Positions 1-8,396 of a stretch of 63,674 nt of DNA are shown here, one piece after another. The translations under genes were made by a program, and so were the position numbers. Within the stretch, counting starts at the first letter, position 1. Each line of letters starts with the position of its first letter. The notes under the pieces are model-generated. The model worked only from the letters and a program-made list of their open reading frames with translations, searched no databases and was not told the origin of the DNA. The stretch is from IMG/VR virus record IMGVR_UViG_3300048839_000884, positions 1-63,674 of that record; one strand, given 5' to 3'. Source of the DNA: a virus. Lineage: Duplodnaviria > Caudoviricetes.

Positions 1-14
1 GAGCGCGGCCCGGA

Positions 15-140
15 CGGCCGCGTCGAGCGGGTCGAAGGCGCTCGCCGGAACGTGGGAGGACACCTCCGCGAACGCCGGCGGCACCGCGGCGCACTGGCGC
101 CTCAAGGACAGCGGAGGCTCGACCTGCCACATGCAGGGCA
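15..140. repeat. Terminal direct repeat (126 bp), left copy; indicates circular assembly / complete genome
   Basis: 15-140 is identical to 63549-63674. Confidence 0.95.
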
Positions 141-250
141 ACATCACGGCGGACGGCGGCGGCGGTGATCTCGAACTCATCACCACGACCATCACCGCCG
201 GCCAGCCGGTGACCATTACCGCGTGGACCTTCACCGAGCCGGGCGCGTAA
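15..250 (+). CDS. 3' part of the virion structural protein starting at 63377
   Basis: ...TCHMQGNITADGGGGDLELITTTITAGQPVTITAWTFTEPGA*, frame continuous with 63377. Confidence 0.8.
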
Positions 251-273
251 GGCCGGGCTGAGGGGCGGGGCGG

Positions 274-2790
274 ATGACGCGCTGGTACATCAAGGGCGGG
301 GATAGCGCCGTCATCGCGTCGGGGTCGGCGGATTTCGACTTCGTTCCCGCATCGACGATCCGACCGGGCGATACCTTCATCGCCCGCGTCGCCACGCGCG
401 ACAACGTCACGCCGGCCCCGGTCACCAGCGGCGACTGGACGTCGATCACCTCGTCCCCGGACGCATCGAACAGCACGTCCGGGTCCGACGCGGCGCTGTC
501 CAAGGACTTCGTCTGGTACACGACCTTCACCGACGCGAAAGACCTGACGTGGTCGCGCGGCGGCACGGCGGTCCAGTTGCGCGGCGCCTTCGCCGTGGCG
601 CCGGCCATGGGCTACGAGATCGAACTGGTCGCGTCGTCCAGCGGGACGAACGCCTCCGGCTCGACGGCGAGCGTCCTCACCAGCCTGACTACGGCCGAAG
701 ACGACGAACTGATCGTCTGCTTCGGGTCGAGCGGCCGGAACACGTCGTGGACGAACTGGGACGCAGCGACTGACCCATCCGTCGCGTCGGGTTCCGGCGG
801 CTCCAGCCAGATCGGCCTGTTTTCGCCGACGTCTACGTGGCAGCGGCACCAGTCCAACGGCTCGACGTCCGGCTCGGACATCTCCGGATCCATCGGTGTC
901 GCGGTCAAGGATACCGCCGGCTCGACCGGCAACATTCAGGTCACCACCGGCGTCGGTGTCCGCCTCGCGTGGGTCACGACGCGCTGGCGGCAGGTGCAGG
1001 CGACCACCCTCAAGGTGGTGAACAACGGCGGCGGCGGCGTCTACCCCGGCACGGGCGACACCAACGCGGCGGCGCTGCCGTTCACGCCGACGAGCGGAAA
1101 TACCCTGTTCGCCTTCGTCGCCATCGACAAGGACGCGACCAGCGACGTCACGGCGACAGGCTGGACGCGGGAGATGCAGGAGCGCAGCGGCTCGGCCGTC
1201 AGCGCCGCCCTGTTCCGCAAGGTCTCCGACGGCACCGAGACGGAGATCGAGGTCACCTACACCTCGTCGGCTTCGCAGGGCTTCTCGTTGTTCGTGGTCG
1301 AGATCGAGGGCGAGGTCGAGATCGACGTCTCGGCGACGTCGACGACGAACCTCTCGACGCCGGCCAAGACGTCCGGCACCGCGACGACGGCCAATACCAC
1401 GGCGGCCGGCGGCCTCGCCATCGGCCTCTGGGCGAACGACAGCTACGGGTCGTGCGACACCGGTACTCTTGAGACGTGGTCTGACGGCTTCATCGCCAAC
1501 CCCGGCCCGAAGACCCGGCAGTATTTCGGCCCCGCCGACGTCGGCTCGCCGGCCATCGCGGTCGGGTGGAAGGAGATCCCGAGCAGCGGTACGGCCGTCT
1601 CGACGTCCTACACCTACACGGGCGACACCGACGACGAGAACCTTCTGTTCCTCGTCGTGCTCAAGGAAAGCGCGAGCGGCGTCACCGGCGACGCGGCGAT
1701 CACGCTCGGGAACGTCACCACGGCGGCGGACGGCACGCCGGAGATCATCGGCGACGCGGCCATCACGCTCGGGAACGTCACCACGGCGGCGGACGGCTGG
1801 CAACCGGCTCTCGGCGACGCGGCGATCACGCTCGGGCTCGTCACCACGGCGGCGGACGGCACACCGGAGATCATCGGCGACGCGGCGCCGACGCTTGGGC
1901 TGGTCACCACCTCCGCCGACGGGGCGCCGGAGGTCATCGGCGATTCGGCTGTCACTCTCGGGCTGGTGACCACGGCAGCGGACGGCACGCCGGAGGTGAC
2001 GGGCGATCTGGCCAAGACGCTGGGGCTGGTGACCACGGCAGCGGACGGCACGCCGGAGATCGTCGGCGACGCGGCCATCACCCTTGGGCTGGTGACCACG
2101 GCGACCGACGGCGCGCCTGAGATCATCGGCGACGCGGCCATCACGCTCCAGCTTATGACGCTGGAGACGCAGACGCTCTCCGAGGTCTCCGGCGACGCGG
2201 CCATCACGATGCCGCTCCTGACCACGGAGGCCGACGGCACGCCGGAGATCATCGGCGACGCGGCGCCGACGCTTGGGCTTGTCACACTCTCGGCCGACGG
2301 CGAGGCGAGCGCCGGCACCATCGAGGGCGACGCGGCGATCACGCTCGGGCTCGTCACCACGGACACCTACGGCTACCCCGGTGACGCGCCGCGGGTCGGG
2401 GGAGGTGGCGGCGGCCGGCCATCGAAGAAGAAGCGCCGCAAGCGGCCCAAGTACGAGCACGAGATCGAGGAGGAGGCCGAGGAGGAGGCCGAGTCCGCAA
2501 AAACGACAGAACCCGAAATCCGGCCGGAAATAGTACCCTCCTCCGAGGTCGACTTCCCGGCCGCGGCGGCGGGCCTGCCGGCACCGGATCTCGATCTCGA
2601 CCAGCGCCAGCCGGCGCCGCCGATCACGGTCGACCGGTCGAACCGCGGGCCGCTCCGGGTTCGGCGCGAGAACGAACAGGTTCGCGCGTTCATCTCGCAG
2701 GTTCGCGCCAAGGCGGCCGAGGAGCGGGCGCGGCGCGAGTACGAAGCCGCGCTCGACGACGACGACGACGCGCTCCTCCTCCTCCTGTGA
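274..2790 (+). CDS. Putative head/tail fibre or decoration protein with 21-aa repeats (838 aa)
   Basis: Thr/Ser/Gly-rich beta domains, 11 GDAAITLGLVTTAADGTPEII repeats, charged C-terminus ending DDDDDALLLLL; structural gene neighbourhood. Confidence 0.7.
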   Translation: MTRWYIKGGDSAVIASGSADFDFVPASTIRPGDTFIARVATRDNVTPAPVTSGDWTSITSSPDASNSTSGSDAALSKDFVWYTTFTDAKDLTWSRGGTAVQLRGAFAVAPAMGYEIELVASSSGTNASGSTASVLTSLTTAEDDELIVCFGSSGRNTSWTNWDAATDPSVASGSGGSSQIGLFSPTSTWQRHQSNGSTSGSDISGSIGVAVKDTAGSTGNIQVTTGVGVRLAWVTTRWRQVQATTLKVVNNGGGGVYPGTGDTNAAALPFTPTSGNTLFAFVAIDKDATSDVTATGWTREMQERSGSAVSAALFRKVSDGTETEIEVTYTSSASQGFSLFVVEIEGEVEIDVSATSTTNLSTPAKTSGTATTANTTAAGGLAIGLWANDSYGSCDTGTLETWSDGFIANPGPKTRQYFGPADVGSPAIAVGWKEIPSSGTAVSTSYTYTGDTDDENLLFLVVLKESASGVTGDAAITLGNVTTAADGTPEIIGDAAITLGNVTTAADGWQPALGDAAITLGLVTTAADGTPEIIGDAAPTLGLVTTSADGAPEVIGDSAVTLGLVTTAADGTPEVTGDLAKTLGLVTTAADGTPEIVGDAAITLGLVTTATDGAPEIIGDAAITLQLMTLETQTLSEVSGDAAITMPLLTTEADGTPEIIGDAAPTLGLVTLSADGEASAGTIEGDAAITLGLVTTDTYGYPGDAPRVGGGGGGRPSKKKRRKRPKYEHEIEEEAEEEAESAKTTEPEIRPEIVPSSEVDFPAAAAGLPAPDLDLDQRQPAPPITVDRSNRGPLRVRRENEQVRAFISQVRAKAAEERARREYEAALDDDDDALLLLL
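1687..2379 (+). repeat. Intragenic tandem repeat, ~11 x 63 bp (21 aa)
   Basis: Recurrent ggcgacgcggc(g/c)atcacgctcggg...accacggcggcggacggcacgccggagatcatc. Confidence 0.9.
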
Positions 2791-2847
2791 CCGGCTGTCA
2801 TATCTCGCGCGCTGCGCTATGCAGGGCCGTTCTTCGGCGGAGGACAC

Positions 2848-3255
2848 ATGCAGGAACAGGCACTTGATGCCGCCTACTCGGGCGGCGCCCTGCCTTGGGC
2901 GGTGGACATGATCGTCCACCAGCAGCTTCATCTCCTGAACGACAGGCTCGTCGCGCAGATCGTTGCAGATACCTACCTGCGGACGGCACCCCATGAGCGC
3001 GTCGCCGACATGCACGCGCATCTCCTCGCTCGACCGGTCCCCCTCGTCGACCGCCGCTTCGAGCGGTGCGTCTTCTACGCGGCGCCGGTCACCTTCGACA
3101 ATCTGACCGAGGACAGGAACGGATCCTCCATCGTCGTCTACCGCCCGGTGCGGGACGGCGACGGGATCACCGTCGCGTTCTTCCCAAGGGTCCACATCAA
3201 GGCCCTCTCTGGCCCCTCGCGGGTCAGATGGCCGGAAGGGCTATTCGACCTATGA
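2848..3255 (+). CDS. Hypothetical protein
   Basis: GGAGGA RBS; ATGA overlap with next gene. Confidence 0.7.
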   Translation: MQEQALDAAYSGGALPWAVDMIVHQQLHLLNDRLVAQIVADTYLRTAPHERVADMHAHLLARPVPLVDRRFERCVFYAAPVTFDNLTEDRNGSSIVVYRPVRDGDGITVAFFPRVHIKALSGPSRVRWPEGLFDL

Positions 3256-3656
3256 GCGAACGATTCTTCGACCGCGTCGCGCACCTCGCCGTGGATGGCT
3301 TCACTGCCGGCCAGACGCTCGACATCGCCACCATGCTCGGCGACCAACTCAACCCGCGGCGCGACGGCGCGCCGAAGACCGCGCTTCTCGTCGTCCGGGG
3401 CACGCTGCACCTCGAAGCCGTGGACGCGCTCCAGAAGCTCGTCGCCATCGCCCCGACCGATGCCGCCGGCATATCCGCCTTGCAGGCGCAGGTGAAAGCG
3501 TACATGGCAGTAGAGGACACGATCCGCCGGATCGTGGGAGCCGGCGCCGAGATATGGGCCGAGATGGATCGGGAGGACCGCGAAGTCCTCGCCGAGCACA
3601 TGGGCCTCGACATCGACGATGAGGCGGAACTGAGCAGGGGCTTCGACAATGATTGA
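3252..3656 (+). CDS. Hypothetical protein (head module)
   Basis: MSERFFDRVAH...; ATGA-coupled start; overlaps scaffold start. Confidence 0.7.
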   Translation: MSERFFDRVAHLAVDGFTAGQTLDIATMLGDQLNPRRDGAPKTALLVVRGTLHLEAVDALQKLVAIAPTDAAGISALQAQVKAYMAVEDTIRRIVGAGAEIWAEMDREDREVLAEHMGLDIDDEAELSRGFDND

Positions 3657-4995
3657 CATCGACGGTGGCGACGAGGACGAGCGCGGACTTTCCGACGCTG
3701 AGATCCGGGAACTCGCGCAGGCGCGAGAACTGAACTACGCCGACCGGCAGGAGGAACCCGAGCCGGTCGTCCGCGGGCAGGTCGAGGAGCCGGAGGAGGA
3801 CGAGGAGCCGGCTCCCCGCGTCCCGGTCGGCAGCGAGCGGGACGATCTCGCCGAGGAGATCGCCGAGCGCAACGAGCGCCGGCAGAGTGAGCAATCCCGC
3901 GAGTTCGACGAAGACCTGTCGAAGATGCGGAACCAGATCGGGGCCTTCGCCGATGACGACGAAGGCACCGAGGCCCCGCCGGACGATGAAGCCCCACCGT
4001 CCGGCGGGGACCAGCCAGCGCCGCGGTTGGCCGAGGACGACATGCTCGTCGAGGTCACCGTCCGCGGCGAGAAGCGGCTGGTCCCGCTCGGGGAACTCAA
4101 GGCATCCGCGCAGAAGATGGAGGCGGCGGACAGCTACCTCGCCGACAGCCGGCGCATCTTCGACGAGGCGCGCGCTCTCCGCGAGCAGATCGCGCAGGGC
4201 AAGGTGGTCCAGCCGGAAACGCCTGAGCAGCGGGCCGCCGCCGAGCGCGGGCTGACCGACGAGCAGAAGGAAGCCCGCCGGAGCCTCATCAACGCCCTGA
4301 CCTACGGAACCGAGGACGAAGGCGCCGCCGCGCTGGAGCGGTTCCAGCAGGAGACCGAGGAGCGCGCGATCCAGCGCCTCGAAGCCCGGCAGCAGATGAA
4401 GGAGCGCCGGGACATCTTCCTGAACAGGATGAACGTCGCGCAGCAGTACATCTCCGAGAACATGCCGGACATCGCCGGCAACCCGGCCATGCTCAAGGTC
4501 TTCGGTGTGAACCTCACCGAAGGTCAGAAGTTCCTCCTCGCGAAATTTGTGGAAAACCTTCCCGACCATGAACGGGCGCGCATGGCCCGGCATAACCTGA
4601 CCCCGGATCGAATCCGGAGCCTCACCTCGCCCCGGAAGATCATGGAAGTCTACGCTGACTTCGCCGTGAAGGGGTATCCAGTCCCCAACATCGACGAGGT
4701 CATGGTCCGGGCGGGTCAGATCACCCGAGACGAGGCAGGCTTCACGAACAGGAATCCGGCGCAGCCGGGCCGCGGCACCACCCCCGCCGATGGCCAAGGA
4801 CGCGGGAACGTCAGGCTCTCATCCGACCGCATGGCTCGGAAGGAGTCTCTTACCCCTCAACCCACACGCGCTGGCGTCGGGCAGGGGCCGTCCTCGCAGG
4901 CAGAGCAGCGCCGCGGAGTTTCCGAGTCCGACTTCCATCGCGAGGCCATGGCCGAGCGCATGGAGCAGGGCTACACCCTCCCCCGACGCAGGTAA
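3649..4995 (+). CDS. Capsid scaffolding protein
   Basis: Acidic coiled-coil protein with VEVTVRGEKRLVPLGEL motif directly upstream of the capsid gene. Confidence 0.75.
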   Translation: MIDIDGGDEDERGLSDAEIRELAQARELNYADRQEEPEPVVRGQVEEPEEDEEPAPRVPVGSERDDLAEEIAERNERRQSEQSREFDEDLSKMRNQIGAFADDDEGTEAPPDDEAPPSGGDQPAPRLAEDDMLVEVTVRGEKRLVPLGELKASAQKMEAADSYLADSRRIFDEARALREQIAQGKVVQPETPEQRAAAERGLTDEQKEARRSLINALTYGTEDEGAAALERFQQETEERAIQRLEARQQMKERRDIFLNRMNVAQQYISENMPDIAGNPAMLKVFGVNLTEGQKFLLAKFVENLPDHERARMARHNLTPDRIRSLTSPRKIMEVYADFAVKGYPVPNIDEVMVRAGQITRDEAGFTNRNPAQPGRGTTPADGQGRGNVRLSSDRMARKESLTPQPTRAGVGQGPSSQAEQRRGVSESDFHREAMAERMEQGYTLPRRR

Positions 4996-5046
4996 GCAGC
5001 GAACCGGCCTCCCTCGACAGGCGCATAGCCGACAAGGGAGGCCGAC

Positions 5047-6039
5047 GTGGCCGGTCAGCTTTGGTCCGTTCCCGCCGAAGGCGGGTATCTCTGGAGCGCG
5101 AATCTCTCGAAGAAGCTCCGGATGTCGCTTCGTCCAATGACGAAGTTCCGTCAGTTTTCGCAGCCGCACGACGGTCAGAAGCGCGGAATGCTTCATTCCG
5201 GCGAGACTTTCTCGTGGAATGTCTATAAGAAGGTCGGGCGTCAGGGACGGAGACTTGCGGAAACGCAGCCGATGCCTGAGACCGGCTTCGAGATCATCCA
5301 GAATAGTCTCACGGTTACTGAGGCTGGTCAATCCGTTCCTTTCACCGGGAAGCTGGACGCTCTCGCCGAGCATGAGGTTCAGGCGATCATCGACGCCAAC
5401 CTCAAGCACGACGCCGCCTGCTACTTCGACATCGAGGTCTTCCTCCAGATGAAGCGCACGCCGCTGCGTGCGTCGGCGGCGGCCTCGACCACGGCCGTGA
5501 CCTTCGACACGGACGGCACCGCGACCGAGACGAACAACATCGAACTCGGCACGGGGCACATCAAGGCCATCGTCGACTACATGAAGGAGCGGAACATCCC
5601 GCCCTACTTCGACGACGGCTCCTACGCCTGCATCAGCCACGTCTCGACGTTCCGGACGTTCAAGAACTCGCTGGAGTCGATCCACCAGTACACCGAGTCC
5701 GGCATCAACCGGATCATGTACGGCGAGATCGGCCGCTACGAGGACATCCGCTTCGTCGAGCAGAACCAGATCCCGAAGGGTGGCGCGCTCGACTCGACCA
5801 CGTTCGATGCGTGGGAGAAGACGGCGGATGCGTGGAACAACGCCAAGTCGTCGTGGGCGTTCTTCTTCGGCGGCGACACCGTCGCCGAGGCCGTGGTGAT
5901 CGCGGAGCAGATCCGCGCGAAGATCCCGTCCGACTTCGGTCGGTCGAAGGGTATCGCGTGGTACTACCTCGGCGGCTTCGGCCTGACCCACCCCGACGCG
6001 GACAACGCCCGCGTGGTGATGTGGGACTCCGCCGCCTGA
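5047..6039 (+). CDS. Major capsid protein (resembles N4-gp56 family)
   Basis: GTG start with GGGAGG RBS; 330 aa; GEIGRYEDIRFVE and DFGRSKGIAWY motifs; follows scaffold. Confidence 0.85.
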   Translation: MAGQLWSVPAEGGYLWSANLSKKLRMSLRPMTKFRQFSQPHDGQKRGMLHSGETFSWNVYKKVGRQGRRLAETQPMPETGFEIIQNSLTVTEAGQSVPFTGKLDALAEHEVQAIIDANLKHDAACYFDIEVFLQMKRTPLRASAAASTTAVTFDTDGTATETNNIELGTGHIKAIVDYMKERNIPPYFDDGSYACISHVSTFRTFKNSLESIHQYTESGINRIMYGEIGRYEDIRFVEQNQIPKGGALDSTTFDAWEKTADAWNNAKSSWAFFFGGDTVAEAVVIAEQIRAKIPSDFGRSKGIAWYYLGGFGLTHPDADNARVVMWDSAA

Positions 6040-6056
6040 CGATGGGCTCATGAACC

Positions 6057-6076
6057 GGAGGGGCTACGGCCCCTCC
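6057..6076 (+). terminator. Stem-loop after capsid gene (cUACGg tetraloop); weak terminator or mRNA-stabilising hairpin
   Basis: GGAGGGGC-TACG-GCCCCTCC, no U tract. Confidence 0.5.
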
Positions 6077-6101
6077 TCCTCGACATCAAGGAACCGCTCC
6101 C

Positions 6102-6515
6102 ATGTACGACGGCAGCACCCGGACCTACTACCTCGGGTCCATCACCCTCACCTCGGACAAGGTGTTCGACTTCGACGCGCCGGACAACGGTCGCTGGCGC
6201 GTGGTCGACATCCAGTACCGCGTCTCGACGACCTTCGCCGGCGCCACCCGCACGCCGGGCGTCAAGGCCGGATCGACCACGGACGATGACCTCCTGATCG
6301 ACGACACCCAGCTTGGGCTCGTCGCGAACGGGAACACCGTCCGCTCGATGCGGATCGAGAACCCGACCGCCTTCAACGACCGCGAGGGCTACGGCGCGGA
6401 GGTTCTGGAGAACGGCGACACGCTGCGTCTCTCGATCCTCGCGGCCACGGGCTCGGGCGCCGCTGGCGTCGCGGAGTTTTGGGCCGTGCTCCAGCTTTGC
6501 GGCGGCGACCTCTAA
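6102..6515 (+). CDS. Putative capsid decoration/minor virion protein
   Basis: AAGGA RBS; beta-rich 137 aa right after capsid gene. Confidence 0.6.
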   Translation: MYDGSTRTYYLGSITLTSDKVFDFDAPDNGRWRVVDIQYRVSTTFAGATRTPGVKAGSTTDDDLLIDDTQLGLVANGNTVRSMRIENPTAFNDREGYGAEVLENGDTLRLSILAATGSGAAGVAEFWAVLQLCGGDL

Positions 6516-6733
6516 TGCCCCGCGCCCGCTATGTCCGCTCGGCCGGTAACGGCCGGGCGGATGACGGCTTCGAGCCGACAGCGCGAGAGCGCAACCCCTC
6601 CATGGCCCGAGACGGCTATGAGGTGCTGACCGAGCGGAGCTACGACGAGTATGGTCTCCGCTCGGAGAGCAAGAAGCTCTCGGAGACCAAGTACGAGCCG
6701 GCCCTGCGGGGCGGCTACAACGAGGAGTGCTGA
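6515..6733 (+). CDS. Hypothetical protein
   Basis: TAATG coupling; MPRARYVRSAG... Confidence 0.6.
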   Translation: MPRARYVRSAGNGRADDGFEPTARERNPSMARDGYEVLTERSYDEYGLRSESKKLSETKYEPALRGGYNEEC

Positions 6734-6942
6734 TGATGAAGGAATCCAAGGGGAAGCTCGGCGGCACCGTCACCGAGTCGACCGCCCGCGGTGGCCAGAT
6801 GGTCCACTCCTACGGTCGCGACAACTCCGACTACGTCGGGTCCAAGAAGATGGCCCGCTCCGGGTCGGACGGCTTCGGCGGCGGGATGGACGACCTGTCG
6901 CACAGCCTGTCCGGCAACCGCGCGAACCAGACCTCGGAGTAA
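6733..6942 (+). CDS. Hypothetical protein
   Basis: TGATG coupling, GAGGAG RBS. Confidence 0.6.
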   Translation: MMKESKGKLGGTVTESTARGGQMVHSYGRDNSDYVGSKKMARSGSDGFGGGMDDLSHSLSGNRANQTSE

Positions 6943-6948
6943 CGGCCC

Positions 6949-7665
6949 ATGGGCCGGGCGCTCCCGACGCTCGATAGGGGACGGTCGTTCGCGACCGTCT
7001 TCCCCATCGGCGAGCATGGCGTTGCGTTCAAGCAGCGCCATTTCTCGCTTCCGACGCCCTACTGGTTCGACTCCATGGGGCAGTGCATTCAGGAAGCCCT
7101 GACGGAAGACCAGAAGGCATACCATTTCGGCTCGGGCGACGAGGAGTACGCCCGCATCATCGGCAGCACCTCTTTCCCCGACCCCATCCCCCTTTCGGAA
7201 GGGGTTGCGCTCCCGCTCGATCAGGCAGTCGCGCGGGCTCACACCACCTCCGGCCTCTCCATCGCGAAGTGGAATGCGCTCCCGCAGAAGCAGCGGGACA
7301 AGCACATCTCCTCGCTCGTCGAGGGCTTGAAGGCGAGCCTCGTCCCGGCCAAGGCGGACACCCGCCCGCGGCGGTTCGTCGGCACCAAGGACGAAGCGGA
7401 ACCGGAAGCCGAAGCCGAGCGGGAGACCCCGACGGTGGAGGTGAAGCGGCCGTCCGGTCCGAAGGCGCCGCCGGAGGAGGACGAGGCGCCGTTGGCGGCC
7501 GGCATGGTGTCGGACGAGGCGCTGGCGCAGTGGGTGAAGGGCGAGATCACCCTGTCCGTGCAGGATCTCAAGTCCACGGTGAAGAAGCGGTGGGGCGTCG
7601 GGCTCCGCACCGCGACGCAGATCCGCGAGTACCTGATTTCCGAGCACGGCTACACCAAGGGCTGA
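6949..7665 (+). CDS. Hypothetical protein
   Basis: GGAG RBS; 238-aa ORF in operon. Confidence 0.7.
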   Translation: MGRALPTLDRGRSFATVFPIGEHGVAFKQRHFSLPTPYWFDSMGQCIQEALTEDQKAYHFGSGDEEYARIIGSTSFPDPIPLSEGVALPLDQAVARAHTTSGLSIAKWNALPQKQRDKHISSLVEGLKASLVPAKADTRPRRFVGTKDEAEPEAEAERETPTVEVKRPSGPKAPPEEDEAPLAAGMVSDEALAQWVKGEITLSVQDLKSTVKKRWGVGLRTATQIREYLISEHGYTKG

Positions 7666-7687
7666 CGCCGGCGGATGACCAAGCCAC

Positions 7688-7714
7688 GGGGCCGGCCTGA
7701 CGCCGGCCCCTTTT
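7688..7714 (+). terminator. Rho-independent terminator
   Basis: GGGGCCGGC-CTGAC-GCCGGCCCC-TTTT. Confidence 0.75.
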
Positions 7715-7732
7715 CGCGTGAAGGAGCGGTAG

Positions 7733-8395
7733 ATGGCCGTCAGCTACACGACGCTCATCGGGACGAAGGCGACCGCCGGCTCGATCCTGAACTGGACCAA
7801 CATCGTTCGCGTCGACCCGGCTACCTGCGTGGCCATGGCGGAGGACATCATCTTCGCCGGCTACCTTGGCTTCGGCGGCCGGGCGTCGGCGCTGCGCGTG
7901 CGCGAGATGCGGACGAGCGTCGACTTCACGGTGGCGGCCGGCGCCTCGACCTACGCGCTGCCGACACGGTTCCTCGACCCGATCACCCTCTACGACCGGA
8001 CCAACTCCGGATGGATCGGCCCGGTCCACGAGGAGGCCCTGATCGGCCATCGGAGCTACGACGAGAACGGCGACATCGAGGCCGGCTACCCGTCCTACTA
8101 CGCCATCTTCAACGAGCTTCTACAGTTCGACGTGGCGTTCGAGGAGGACGCCGAGATGACCTTCCTTCACTACGCCCGGCCGGCGCCTCTTTCGGGGGGA
8201 AACCCGACCAACTGGCTGACCGACCGGTACGGCCGCATCCTGTTCTTGGCATCGTGCGCCATGGCCTACGAGTTCGACGACGACCAACAGAACTTCGCCA
8301 AGTGCATGGGGCAGGTCTTCAACGCCATCACCGCGGCCAACGCCGAGTCGGATCTGTCCCGCCGTGGAATGCTGATCGACCGGGAGATCCCGTGA
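7733..8395 (+). CDS. Head-tail adaptor (podovirus tail tubular A-like)
   Basis: AAGGAG RBS; LRVREM...YALPTRFL...GYPSYY...TNWLTDRYG pattern typical of adaptors; position. Confidence 0.7.
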   Translation: MAVSYTTLIGTKATAGSILNWTNIVRVDPATCVAMAEDIIFAGYLGFGGRASALRVREMRTSVDFTVAAGASTYALPTRFLDPITLYDRTNSGWIGPVHEEALIGHRSYDENGDIEAGYPSYYAIFNELLQFDVAFEEDAEMTFLHYARPAPLSGGNPTNWLTDRYGRILFLASCAMAYEFDDDQQNFAKCMGQVFNAITAANAESDLSRRGMLIDREIP

Positions 8396-8396
8396 C

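Noticed and set aside
15-140. Terminal repeat as the physical DTR of the virion
   Set aside because: It falls inside a gene and its length is typical of assembler overlap; it shows circularity only.
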